This document shows, piece by piece, positions 47,348 through 59,908 of a DNA stretch of 64,000 nt. The position numbers and the translations under genes were made by a program. Location: contig MU008228.1 of assembly GCA_010909165.1 (NCBI GenBank), positions 62,001 to 126,000 of the forward strand, in the 5' to 3' direction. The notes under the pieces are model-generated. The model saw only the letters and a program-made list of their open reading frames with translations. It had not been told where the DNA came from and searched no databases. The DNA is from Anthoceros angustus. Its lineage: Eukaryota; Plantae; Anthocerotophyta. Each line of letters starts with the position of its first letter. Position 1 is the first letter of the stretch.

Positions 47348-50300
47348 AGTTAGAAGTACAGACCGCGTTGGTTGTGGTTACCTTAGCTAAACCCAGCATG
47401 GTCATACCCTTTGGTATCTAGTACCGAAGAGGTACAACTCTTCAGACACAGGCTATAAAAGCCCACCTCTTGTAATCAATTGTATCAATTAGTAAAAGCA
47501 CTATCTTTGATCAAACGCTTCCGCAAAGCACCTCAAACTTGGTATCAGAGCATAGTTTGATTACTAAGTCCACCATGCATTATGATGTGAATCTAGATGT
47601 TCTTCTAACATGCAACGTCTTTCCAATGTTTTTGGTATTTGTAATTTGAAGCTATTTTATACTTATTCATAGTTTCACTTATATTCAACCAAACATGTTT
47701 TTTCTAATAAAATATTTTGGCTTCTTTTATGATTAACCTTTATATTCATTAAAGTTTCATGGCTCATTGCCACACAACCATTCTTCCTTGCACAAGACTT
47801 TGTTCCTTTCTCATTTCACTTAAAGTTACAACATGGCAAGAACGCATTCAAAGAATAAATCTAGTGCTAGAAGACTTAGAGATCACAACAGAGGTGGTTA
47901 TCACCACTCCTCTTGTTTATCAACACGAGCCTCTATCTCTAGAAATCTTCTGCAATTAGGAACAACAATTGAATTCTCTCTTTTCTTGAGACAATGGAAG
48001 GAAGAACTTTCATTCTCTACTTGTCCAAACTTTGATGTCAAATCTTCCTAAAGGATGTTGGTCAAGAAGCTCAGATTCAAGTCTACAACGGTATTGTGGA
48101 GATGTATCCTCAACACCATTATCTTCTTTTAACATAACCTCACCTCGATATACTCACACACCATTCTCTCTTCAAAATCGTCATCTACAAATTCACCTCA
48201 TGATCAACTACTATTAACTTAAGAAGAAAGTGGTATTTTGATGGACGATCAAGATCGAAAGCCCCTCACGATCGACATTCACATGTTTTCTAAACAACAA
48301 TGGTGGCCTTTTTCAACATCACACCAAGCATCGATCAAGATTTGAGACCTCACATCAGGCCCCTTGTGGACTCAATACACTCCTAGCCATGCAACAATTC
48401 CTATCAAGCCGCAGTGATTCTACCGCAACTTTTCGAATTTAGGACTTCATGAGATCTATCATGGAGGTTTAGGTGGCTCGCCAATCAAAGACGCCCATCT
48501 ACAAGCCTCTACAAGCGCCGAGCTCCCAATGCCGGGTTACCCTCATTCTCCATCGACCAGAGATTTGAACGGATGTCACACAAAGCTTTCGCCCGAGACT
48601 CAACAATTATGCTGCGCCCACCATCCAAAAGCATTGTTGATTTCGGAGTGCGTCAGGCGATTCGGCCCATTCTGCACGCCTCGCTTCGATCAATCATTGG
48701 ATACCGCGCCAAATGCCTCCTTGTTTCTCTACCAGGCGCTGCTGCGCCCGTCGCCCGGCGCGCTTGATGGCGGTCTGCGGGCGATCGAGGGAGTCGATCC
48801 GCACCGCCTCAGTGCGCGCCCGAGGCGGAGATGCAACCCGCGCCCCCGCGCTCATCGCGACCCGGTGCCCTAAAATTGACAAAGTTTTTTCGCGTTCACC
48901 GCATTGAAACGCCGCTTTTTGGGTATGAAACGCCCCCGTTTCTTACTCGTTTCTATCCTTTGACATCCTTCGAGACTCTCCCTCCCTGACGTGACTTTGG
49001 TAGCTCGCCACCTCTTTTTAAAGCGCCACGGTTGGTTCTTCATCTTTGAATCAAACAAGAGCCCTTGTCGCGCGCCTTCCATCGGCGACATTGCTTCGGC
49101 TATTTTTATGAGCAAGCTGGTGCTACTGCTCAAGAGCTATTCCATTTGGAGTGTCATCACCTTTGGGATCATCTTCATCAGCTCTCTGAGTCGGTGCAGT
49201 CAGCTGCCCAAGCAGTTCGGCAACTTGCTACGGTCTATGCTCCTAGTGACCGCGGCATCGTTCACTGGGCTGTTTGACTTTTCATAATCATCCTTGGCCT
49301 TCGGGATCTTTAGCAACGTAACATTTAATTTGCTCATAGTCAAGCGTTGCTATATATATCTGAAGACTTCTTAGCTTCTTGTCATAACTTGGAGTTGGCG
49401 TTCTATATATATATCTATCACTTCTATCACGATGGCCACCTCTCCAAATGTGCCACCCATTCCCATCATCAATTATATGAATGTGACATCGATTTTAAGG
49501 AGAAGGACCGTTTGACGGCACTAAGTTGAAATATGGTCCAAGCGTATGCGTTCATCTTAAATACCGAGATCTAATTGGCATAGTTGATGGGCACCTCAAG
49601 CCCATCGGCCCTCGCTCGACTCTTGGATCAAACAAGACAGCTTGCACTTCACATTCTTATTTCGGGCCTTGGCGAAGTCACACTACATCATCTTGATGGG
49701 GCTACTCTGCTGCGAGGCATGGCGGCTAGTAGATATTTTCAATCTACCAATGTTATGACATTGCATGAATCTAATTTTATTCTTACGCATGCATAATAAT
49801 GAGAGCATTGGTACTTATGTTGGGAAGTTTCGATATCTTGGCCCAGTCGCTTAGGCACTCCTTATCGAATTTGAAGCTTGTGTCCAACTCGGCCTCCCTT
49901 CCCGCCACTTTTCAAGCATTTGTGTCCTCTCGAATGGCACTCGAGAGGCTCATCAGCGGTAAAGGCGACACCCAACATTTCCATCTCCGAAATTGCGGCG
50001 CTCTCCTTCAAGAGGAGGCTTCCAGATTCAACGCCGGCACTTCGAAGCATGGTGGTGAACGAGTTATGTTCGTTAGCAAAGGCCGTCGCCACGCGTGACG
50101 CCGTCGTCCTCCTCCACCTGAGAGACGGCCCTTCACTGCGCCTTCTCCGGCTCCTTCTCGCGGTCCTTCCTTCTCCAAGCCTGGTGGTTCCGAAGCCTGC
50201 ATTTGCAACTGGTGCCGATGCCACTGGAGCCCGACCGCTGCAAGAAGAAAGCTGGTGAGCCTCGACGTCCTTCCAAGTCTGCCAATATGGCCTCGACCTC

Positions 50301-53300
50301 CAAGCAGGAGCAGGCCGACATTGCCCTCACAGTCTGCTTGGTAGCTTTCGAATACAAGACCTCTTGGCTATTGGACTCACCGCCCGCATATTTGCCGCCA
50401 TCACCATATGTTTTCGATTATCTCCTGCAAGATCAACGTTTTGTTCTTCTCGGCGATGACTCGACCTTACTATTGCGGCACTGCAGCGCTTTTACTCTTG
50501 AAGATGGTTCTCCTTCTTTTAAGTGATGTGCTACATGTTCCGCAAATGGCGAAGAATCTTATCTCCGTCCGACACTTGGTGAAGGACGGTACTTTCGAGC
50601 TAGAGTTGGCGGTGATTGCCTCCTCACAAGATCTGCTCTCGGTCGTGGTTGCTAGAGGTCGTCCGCGGCATGACCTCTATGTCTTCTCCGCCACTGCAGA
50701 TCATGCCTTCCTCGACCCGGCTCCGCCATGGCCCGCTGCGGTCGGCGGAGTTCTCGCAAAGGTGACTCCCTATTATGGCATTCTCGGCTTGGACATATTA
50801 ATCATGATAAGCTTTTAGAGATGTCTAGGCATGATTTATTTAGGGATAAGCTACCACACTTTTCACAGACTCCACCGTTATGTGAACCTTGTATATATGC
50901 TAAACAACGTAGCTTCCCCTATCCTACTCTACACCGTCAGACTACTCATTATGAGTTGGTCCATGTTGATCTTTGTGGTCCACTCCCGTCCCTTCACTTG
51001 GCGCGCCGCACTTTATGACTATTGTTGATGACTATAGTCGCTATACCTTTGCTATTCCGCTCAAGTTGAAGAGTGATTCCTTGGCTCCTTTACTCCTTTT
51101 GTCACTATGAGCCGCAAACCGGTTGCAAGCTTGGTGCATTAGATCGACAATGCGGAGAATTAAATAACCGCAATTTAAGGACTTACATCTTGAGAGGGAT
51201 TATCCGTCGGTTCGGTTCCTATACTTCTCAGAATGGGGTTCTTGAAAAGGCCAGCGGCGATCGCTCGCCATGGCCGCGCCATGCTAGCCGCTCGGCTCCC
51301 CAAACCCTTCGGGCGGCGGTTAATCTGCGGCGTATCTCCGCACGGGGTTCTTTCCAAGTCGGCCCCGCCGACACCCTTTGAGTCCATGGATATAAGCCTC
51401 TTATTACTCATCTTGGATTTTGGTGCCCGCCTATGCTAATATTCCTTCTCGCGACAAGCCGCCGTGCTCGCAAGTCGGTATTTTTGGCGAGGACCGTAAG
51501 GCTTATAAACGGTTGACTTGGATACCCATGCTATTGTATATGCTCGCCTGTCACTTTTGATGAGGCTCGGTTAGCATCTGCTCGAGTCCATGGATTACGC
51601 CGGCTCCTTGACGACACGCTTCTTCCGACCAGGTGACCTTATGCAGTTTTGACTCGGCCTCTTTCCGGACTCGGTCCCCGCACTTTGCTCCATCCGGCCT
51701 CTTCACCTCAAGCACCTATACCTATTATTCCCGCCGGGGAAGATGAAACAGCCATTGTTGATCCTTATGAAAGCAGAGACTTTGGTGCTCTTAATTCACA
51801 AGACCCGAGATGCCTCGCTCCACCTTCTCCGTAACACTTGATCCGGCCCAAGCGGGTATCCTTCACATCACAACCGAGACACCTGGAATGAGATCCCTTT
51901 GATTTAGAGTTCAATCAAGTGGCTACACCACCGCGCAGTCATTTCAACGCCTTGATGTTGCCCTTGAGAGGAGATCCTCTCACTCTTCAAGAGGCATATT
52001 CGCGACGATGCTAAGTGGAAGTTGCTATTGATGATGAATATAATTCTCTTATCAAAAACAATACTTGGACTCTAGTAAACTTGCCAAAGGCGAACTCATC
52101 AAATGCAAGTGGGTTCTCAAAACTAAATTCCAGGAGGTTGAACCTCGTATTCGCTATAAGGCGAGACTAGTGGCTAAGGGTTATAGTCAGAAAGAGGGAG
52201 TGGACTATCAGGGCGATAAGGTTTATTCACCTGTAGTCAAGGCTGCTTCCGTGAGAATGCTCCTGGCTTTATGTGCCGAGCTTAATCTGGAAATTTATCA
52301 GCTTGATGTTTGTATTGCTTTCCTTTATGGTCATCTGCAAGAAGAGATCTATATGGATCAACCAGAAGACTATGAAGATGAGCAATACCCAAACAAGGTG
52401 TGTAAACTTATTCGTTCTATTTACGGACTAAAGCAAAGCCCACGTTTATGGTATGAGAGAATGGACTCTTACCTCAAGAAGATAGGTTTATCCAAAGTGA
52501 AGCGGACACCAATATCTATGTACTCATGAGACAGCTCCCTTGTCTTGGTTGCACTATATGTTGATGACTTAGTTATTCGCAACAGCTCCTATCACGATCG
52601 GTTCACGGAAACACGCCTTCGAGATATTCGGAGAGAAAACCAAGTATCATGCATCTTCGTATTTGGCTCGAGAGCTTTATATATACGCGAGGCGTAAACT
52701 TGACAACCGTTCAAGGGTTAATATTTGTTGATTCTGTTGAGATTGCTAAAGCTTACAAACTTATTGATGCGACACTTACACCTACTATAGCGAGTGTAAC
52801 TTTCACGGAACACTAGAGCCACCGATCCACGGGGTGGCATATTACTTGAACAACATGATGGTCATTTGGCGTTTCTGAGATGAACATGACGACTACCCTG
52901 ATGATGTTGATGGAGATGCTCCTCCAGGTATCCAATCTTTTCCTCTTGTACAGCCTGTTGTGGTGCATCAACAGCCTCCGCCATTAGCACCTGTCCAACC
53001 ACTAGTCCTTGATCCTCCAGCTGGTGATCCACAAGATGATAGACCTGTCGCAGATCCTGTCCCATATCCAGACAATCACTTAGATTCAGCATCTGAACCT
53101 GACAGTTCTTTCCAAGATTCTGATTCTGCAGGTGAAGATGAGCCATTACATTCCGGATGCACACGAGCCTGTTAGTTCTACCGTGTGCATCGCCCTCCTC
53201 GAGTGGACAACCTCGTTACATCCATTGATTTCGCGTCGGTCTCACTCCCACTATCCACCATGTTTCCCCACCGGTTATTCCTCCCGAGCTGTCACCCTTA

Positions 53301-55524
53301 AGGAAGCCTTCTTAAGCCCGAGATAGGGATAAGTGGAAGTTGCTATTGATGATGAATATAATTCTCTTATCAAAAACAATACTTGGACTCTAGTAAACTT
53401 GCCAAAGGCGTAACCATCACAAATGCAAGTGGGTTCTCAAAACTAAATTCCGGAGGTTGAACCTCGTATTCGCTATAAGGCGAGACTAGTGGCTAAGGGT
53501 TATAGTCAAAGAGGAGTGGACTATCGTAGGCGATAAGGTTTATTCACATGTAGTCAAGGTCGTGAGAATGCTCCACGGCTTTATGTGCCGAGCTTAACTG
53601 GAAATTTATCACTTGATGTTTGTCTTGCTTTCCTTTATGGTCATCTGCAAGAAGAGATCTATATGGATCAACGAAGACTATGAAGATGAGCAATACCCAA
53701 ACAAGGTGTGTAAACTTATTCGTTCTATTTACTGGACTAAAGCAAAGCCCACGTTTATGGTATGAGAGAATGGACTCTTACCTCAAGAAGATAGGGTTTA
53801 TCCAAAGTGAAGCGGACACCAATATCTATGTACTCATGAAGGACAGCTCCCTTGTCTTGGTTGCACTATATGTTGATGACTTAGTTATTCGCAACAATAT
53901 TGAACTAGTTAACAAGATTAAAGTGACCTTAGTAAAGAATTCGAGATGAAGGATCTCGGCAAAGTTAAATATATTCTTGGTATGCATGTACATAGAGATA
54001 CCACGGTGCTATCTATCTCCATCAAGGAAGATATGTAGTGGTATGTTAAAACGCTTCAATTTGGAGAATGCACGCCCCACACCGGCCGTAGGAGTTAAGC
54101 TTTCATCGCTACATCACAATCGAGCAGGAAAAGAAAGAGATGGAAAATATTCCTTATCGTATGGGAGTTGGTACTCTCATGTTCTTGAGTAATCGGACGG
54201 ACGATATCTCAAATCATAAATGCTATTGCTCGGTTCTCGGAGAATCCGGAAAGGATCACGGGTTGCTCTCAAGCGCATCATGCGGTACCTCAAGGGTACT
54301 CCAAATTATGGCCTCGCTTCAAGCCTAGCGGAAAGAAGCATCCGCCATCGACATGCTTTGTCGATGCAGTTGGGCTTGACGACACCGAAAAAGTATCTCA
54401 AAGATATTGCTTTCTTCGGCTCCACTTTGTTAATTGGTCTTGTAGAAAACAAGCTGCAATATCACTTTCATCAATGTAATCGAGTACAAAGCACTCAAAG
54501 CCACGAAAGAGGTGAATGGGAAGAAAGCTATGTGAAGATTTGGATATGAAGGATGTCCCGTATAGACATGCTGTGGGAAGCCTCTTGTTTGTGAGCAATT
54601 GGACACGTCCTGATATCACGTTTGCAGTGAACACTGCTTCTCAGTTCTTGGAATGTCCTGGGAGAAATCATTGGACAGCAGTTAAACGGGTATTCCGTTA
54701 CCTCAAGGGTACACATTATTTGGGCCTATGTTACAAGCGAGGAGGTTCACACCCTACCTTACATGGTTTCGTTGATGCTGACTGGGCATCTGATGGCGAT
54801 TCACGTAAGAGCCTTTCGACCTATGCATTCATACATCCTCCGTCATTGGTTGGAGTAAAAACAAACAAATATAGCTCTTTCAAGCCGAGGCGGAATACAA
54901 ATGCTTGGCTGCCAAAGAGGTGGAGTGGGAGAGGGCCTTTGATCCATGCACGAACCTACCATCCTCTTTCATGCGCGAAGCATATTGAGATTCAACACCA
55001 TTATATTCGTGACGCCGAGAGGAATTGTTAAGTATGTAGCATTTACAATATCAGATATCCGACAAAATCCTTGCCAGTTCAAACACGCTTCCACAGAGAA
55101 GGGCTTGGATTGGTTGATGTGACTTTTGAAGTGGACCGATCACACATTTGGTGAGGCGATCTTATCTCGAAGCGTTCGATTACTTGAAGTTGTGACTATT
55201 GTAGACCGCTTGCTTCAATCTTACTTGCGGCCGGTGTGATCGGTGAGTTGAGTTTAGTTGAAGACCGTAGTACTTATACAATACTCCGGCAAATGATTAT
55301 TAGTTCTTTGATTTAGATAACCCAACTAGTCCGAGAGGAGAGTTAGAAGATGACCGCGTTGGTTATGGTTACCTTAGCTAAACCCAGTGGTCATACCCTT
55401 TGGTATCTAGAGAAGAGGTACAACTCTTCAGACACAGGCTATAAAAGCCCACCTCTTGTAATCAATTGTATCAATTAGTAAAGCACTATCTTTGATCAAA
55501 CGCTTCCGCAAAGCACCTCAAACT
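47348..55524 (+). mobile_element. Copia C with non-canonical AGTT...AACT LTRs (47348-47539, 55341-55524) and TSD GATTG; indel-rich mosaic interior
   Basis: Direct LTR repeats, PBS at 47540-47551, PPT GAGAGGAG at 55333-55340, GATTG on both flanks. Gag/PR/INT/RT remnants include KCKWVLKTK, YKARLVAKGYSQ and LYVDDL. Confidence 0.9.
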
Positions 55525-55529
55525 GATTG

Positions 55530-58133
55530 GTTGATCATGGTGCAGCGCCAAACTGGTCGTTTGTTAAAGCTCTTTAGGACCGACAATGGCGGTGAATTTG
55601 TCAACCATGCCTTCACAGAGTTCTTGACCAGCCAAGGCATTGTTCATCAACTCATTGTCCCATATACCCAGCAGCAAAACGGGGTGGCTGAACGAAAGAA
55701 TCAGACATTGATGGGGATGACGAGGTCAATGCTCTTGTGGTCAGGATTACCTTCTCCATACTAGGCAGAAGCAGTAGTGACAGCTACATATATACTCAAC
55801 AGGCTCCTATCACAGTCGGTTCCTGGAAACACGCCTTTCGAGATATTCTGGAAGAGAAAACCAAGTATCATGCATCTTCGCGTATTTGGCTCGAGAGCTT
55901 TTGCGTATATACCTGCTGAGAAGAGGCGTAAACTTGACAACCGTTTCAAGGGGTTAATATTTGTTGGTTACAGCGAGATTGCTAAAGCTTACAAACTTAT
56001 TGATGCAGACACTTTACAGCCTACTATAGCAAGGAGTGTAACTTTCCTGGAGACACTAGAGCCACCAGTCACAGGGGGTGGCATATTACTTGAACAACAT
56101 GATGGTCATTTGACGTTTACAGATGAACATGACGACTACCCTGATGATGTTGATGGAGATGCTCCTCCAGGTATCCAATCTTTTCCTCTTGTACAGCCTG
56201 TTGTGGTGCATCAACAGCCTCCGCCATTAGCACCTGTCCAACCACTAGTCCTTGATCCTCCAGCTGGTGATCCACAAGATGATAGACCTGTCGCAGATCC
56301 TGTCCCATATCCAGACAATCACTTAGATTGATCCGAACTGGCGTTCTTTCCAAGATTACGATTGCGGTGAAGATGAGCCATTACACTGCTCCAGAGTTGC
56401 ATGCACGAGCATTTCGCGTTCTACCGTGTGCATCGCCTCCTCGAGTGGATGTAACCTCGTTACATCCATTGATTTCCGCAAGTCAGTGGGAGTCTGCACT
56501 CCCACTATCCACCATGTTTCCCCACCAGTTATTCCTCCTGAGCCTGTCACCCTTAAGGAAGCCTTCTTAAGCCCAGATAGGGATAAGTGGAAATATGCTG
56601 TGGAAGATGAGTACAATAGCTTAATTCAAAATGGTACCTGGAAGTTGGTTCCCCGTCCTGAAGGCCGCAGACCCATTACGTGCAAATGGGTTTTCAAACA
56701 CAAACTTAACTCTAAGGGGGAGATTGCCAGGTATAAGGCTCGTTTGTGTGCCCGGGAGTTTACCCAAATTCCAGGCCTAGACTTCCAGGAGACATTCTCT
56801 CCTGTAGTCAGATCCCACTCTATCCGCCTTATTCTTGCTCTAGCAGCTGAACATGACCTTGAGCTTGAGCAAATGGACGTCAAGACCCTTTCTTACATGG
56901 TGTTTTAGAGGAAGAGTTGTATATGGAGCAGCCCGAGGGCTACGAGGACCCTACACATCCAGATTGGGTTTGTCAGTTAATCAAGTGTATTTATGGCTTG
57001 AGACAATCTGCAGAACGATGGAATGCTAGACTAGACACTTGCCTGCGTGCACTTGGTTTTCGACAGAGTCCTGCTGATCCATCAGTTTACATCTATGATG
57101 AAGGCTCCTCCTATGTGCTGTTGGCAGTATATGTTGACGATGCTATATTTGCAGCCAACGACAAACAGCTATAAGCAAAAGTTCAAGCTTTGTTACGTAA
57201 TGAATTCGAAATGACTGATGTTGGTGAGTTGAAGTTCTGCCTGGGCATTCAAGTGCTGCGAGTGAGAGAGCAGGGAATGATTATTATTCATCAACACAAA
57301 TACATTGCTGAAATTCTGCAACGATTCCATATGGACGCAGCTCACCCTGCTGCCACACCTGGAGCAACTGGTGTGCGACTCACAAAACTGGATAGTCCCA
57401 CCTCAGCTATGGATATCGAAGATATGAAGGATGTCCCGTATAGACATGCTGTGGGAAGCCTCTTGTTTGTGAGCAATTGGACACGTCCTGATATCACGTT
57501 TGCAGTGAACACTGCTTCTCAGTTCTTGGAATGTCCTGGGAGAAATCATTGGACGATTAAGCGGGTATTAGTTACCTCAAGGGTACACATTATTTGGGCC
57601 TATGTTACAAGCGAGGAGGTTCACACCCTACCTTACATGGTTTCGTTGATGCTGACTGGGCATCTGATGGCGATTCACGTAAGAGCCTTTCGACCTATGC
57701 ATTCCTTCTGTCCTCCGCTGCTGTTGGTTGGAGCTGTAAAAAACAAACAAATATAGCTCTTTCAAGCACAGAGGCGGAATACAAATGCTTAACTGATGCT
57801 GCCAAAGAGGTGGAGTGGGAGAGGGCCTTTCTGGCTTCAGTCCATGCAGCGCAGCCAGAACCTACCATCCTCTTTTGCGACAATCAGTCTGCTCTTGCCC
57901 TTGTTGAGCGTCCCCGCTTCCACGCCCGTACCAAACACATCGAGATCCAGCACCATTACGTTAGAGATGTAAAATCCAGAGGTATTGTTCTGCCCACTTA
58001 CATACATACAGATTCTAACGTTGCTGACATTCTCACAAAATCTTTGCCCAAGCACAAGCATCAGACACATGTAGATGGTTTGGGTCTTGTAGATTTCTCA
58101 TCACACTTTACTGCAACACTGAAGCTTACATGA
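55530..58133 (+). pseudogene. pol: Copia A integrase core, reverse transcriptase and RNaseH (stops and frameshifts)
   Basis: RTDNGGEF, QQNGVAERKN, CKWVFKHK, YKARLCAR, YVDD, GFVDADWA, KHIEIQHHYVRD, ADILTKSL. Confidence 0.92.
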
Positions 58134-59908
58134 TTAGCAGACCTAGAGTATCCCAAACAATTCTAGCTTCTACTATGTGGTTTTCTCCCTCATGTCTCCA
58201 CCTGCCTGCATACCTGTACATTACATTCAGGCACGTGTTTGTTTCAGTTACCTATCCAGCTTTGTCTGCTTCGCCATGTACACTCTGTCCCCTTTCAGTG
58301 GGAGTCAGCATAGGCCAGACAAGCTATTAATTTCCATGCATTCAGAGGATGAAGCCAAACACCGATCTAACCCTGGAACATGGAATCACTTGAATCACGG
58401 ACAGTGTTACCTCTAGAGTCATGCGCCTCCTTCTTCCTTTGGTTTGTACAGTCCTTGAGCAGACAGTTCCCTTAGCAGGTCCTTGTATTTGTCCACTGTC
58501 AGCTGCTTGTCGTCCTCCCTAATCTCTACTCCTGCCCCGGCCTTTTCCTTGAGTCATGAACAGGCTTCCTCCAGCCTCTCCAACCTCTGCCTCACGATCG
58601 CCTAGCCAGGTTCAACAACGTGCCCCTGTGCGCCGTGGTCGGCCACATCTTCTGTGAAGCCGTGGGACTGCTTGAACCCTGGAATTCTTCTTCTTGGCTT
58701 TGGCTTCTTTTCTCCAGTCGCTTCAGGCTTGATAGCCTATAGCTCACAGATTTGATCATGCTGAGGATTAGCCTTACGGTTGATGGCGCTGCAAGGAAGG
58801 TAATGGCTGCAATTTCCAGCAACAAGAGAGATAGGGCGAACCACGCAACAGGATTGTCACTTATATCTCTGCTCATTGTGAGAAATGGGAATTTGAAGCG
58901 TTGTGGCAACCTAGGGTTTACTGCATAAGATTTAAATAGCTTTTCACTTTAACCCGTCGAGGTTAAGTGGGAGTGTTGAATAGATAACCATCTCGGGTTA
59001 AATATACCTAGTTAATTAGGTTAAATACATTATACTATAAATACTCTTGGTGCTTCATGTTTCAATTATTCACGCTTTTCATATTCCTCCTATCCACAAG
59101 CATACGTTACTATCAAGCTACCGATGCTCTATGGATCGGATCACAGGGTACGAAACCCGCATCAAGAAGGAGGAAGATCTGGAGTTGTAGGAGAGGATAT
59201 CCTATGAAGAACGCAGGAAGAAGTGTTCCTCCAATTCTGAGGAGAAAACTTCGTCTTCTTACAAGTCTGATTCAAAATACCCAAATGCAACTTCAACCTC
59301 TGAATCCGTCTCAATGCGCTCTAGGGAGACGTATGTTCCTCCTGGATACTCCTCTGATAGCTATAGTAAGGGCTTCTAGAGCCATATAAATTTAAGAAGA
59401 CTTACTGTGACCTAGGAACTCCGAGGAGACTCCTGGTCCTAAACTGTTGACATGTTTTTCGTGCAGCTCTCTTCTTAGAGCTTTTGTGAGAATCTGCCGG
59501 GTTTTCTTGGGTAGGCACATACTGTAAATCAATGGTGCCTGCATTCAGTAGTTCTCATATCCATTGATACTCGACTGCAACATGTTTAGTCCTCGAGTGA
59601 AACAAAGGGTTTTCTGCTAATGAAATGGAACTCTGGTTGTCTGTCTTGATAGTGATGCAGGTTGGTAACTGAATCCCAAGTTCTGAGAAGAGTAACTTCA
59701 ACCAAATCACCTCCTTCGTGGCTGCTGTAAGCACTCTAAACTCAGCTTATGTGCTTGAGAGCGCGACTGTTGGTTGTTTCTTGCTCGACCAGCAAATAGG
59801 GCCACCTGCAAAGTTTACTATATATGTAGCCAGACACTGACCTACGTGTATCAATTTCCCTAGCATAATCAGAGTCAGTGTAGACCTCGAGGTTAGGTAA
59901 TACACCCT

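Larger units (their letters stand above)
40411..59143 (+). mobile_element. Full-length Copia A (170-bp LTRs 40411-40580 and 58974-59143, TSD CAGGG) hosting elements B and C
   Basis: LTRs differ at one position seen. PBS TGGTATCAGAGC at 40581-40592, PPT AAGTGGGAG, CAGGG on both flanks, and gag-PR-INT-RT-RH order. Confidence 0.95.
39258..59908 (-). mobile_element. Old Copia D remnant (3' LTR ~39258-39501; 3' region split by element A; RNaseH remnant ~59500-59908)
   Basis: TG..CA segment followed by CTCCCACTT (PPT on the minus strand). Minus-strand LEVYTDSDYAREIDTRRSVSGY..FAGGPICWSSKKQPTVALS is a Copia RNaseH motif. Confidence 0.65.
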
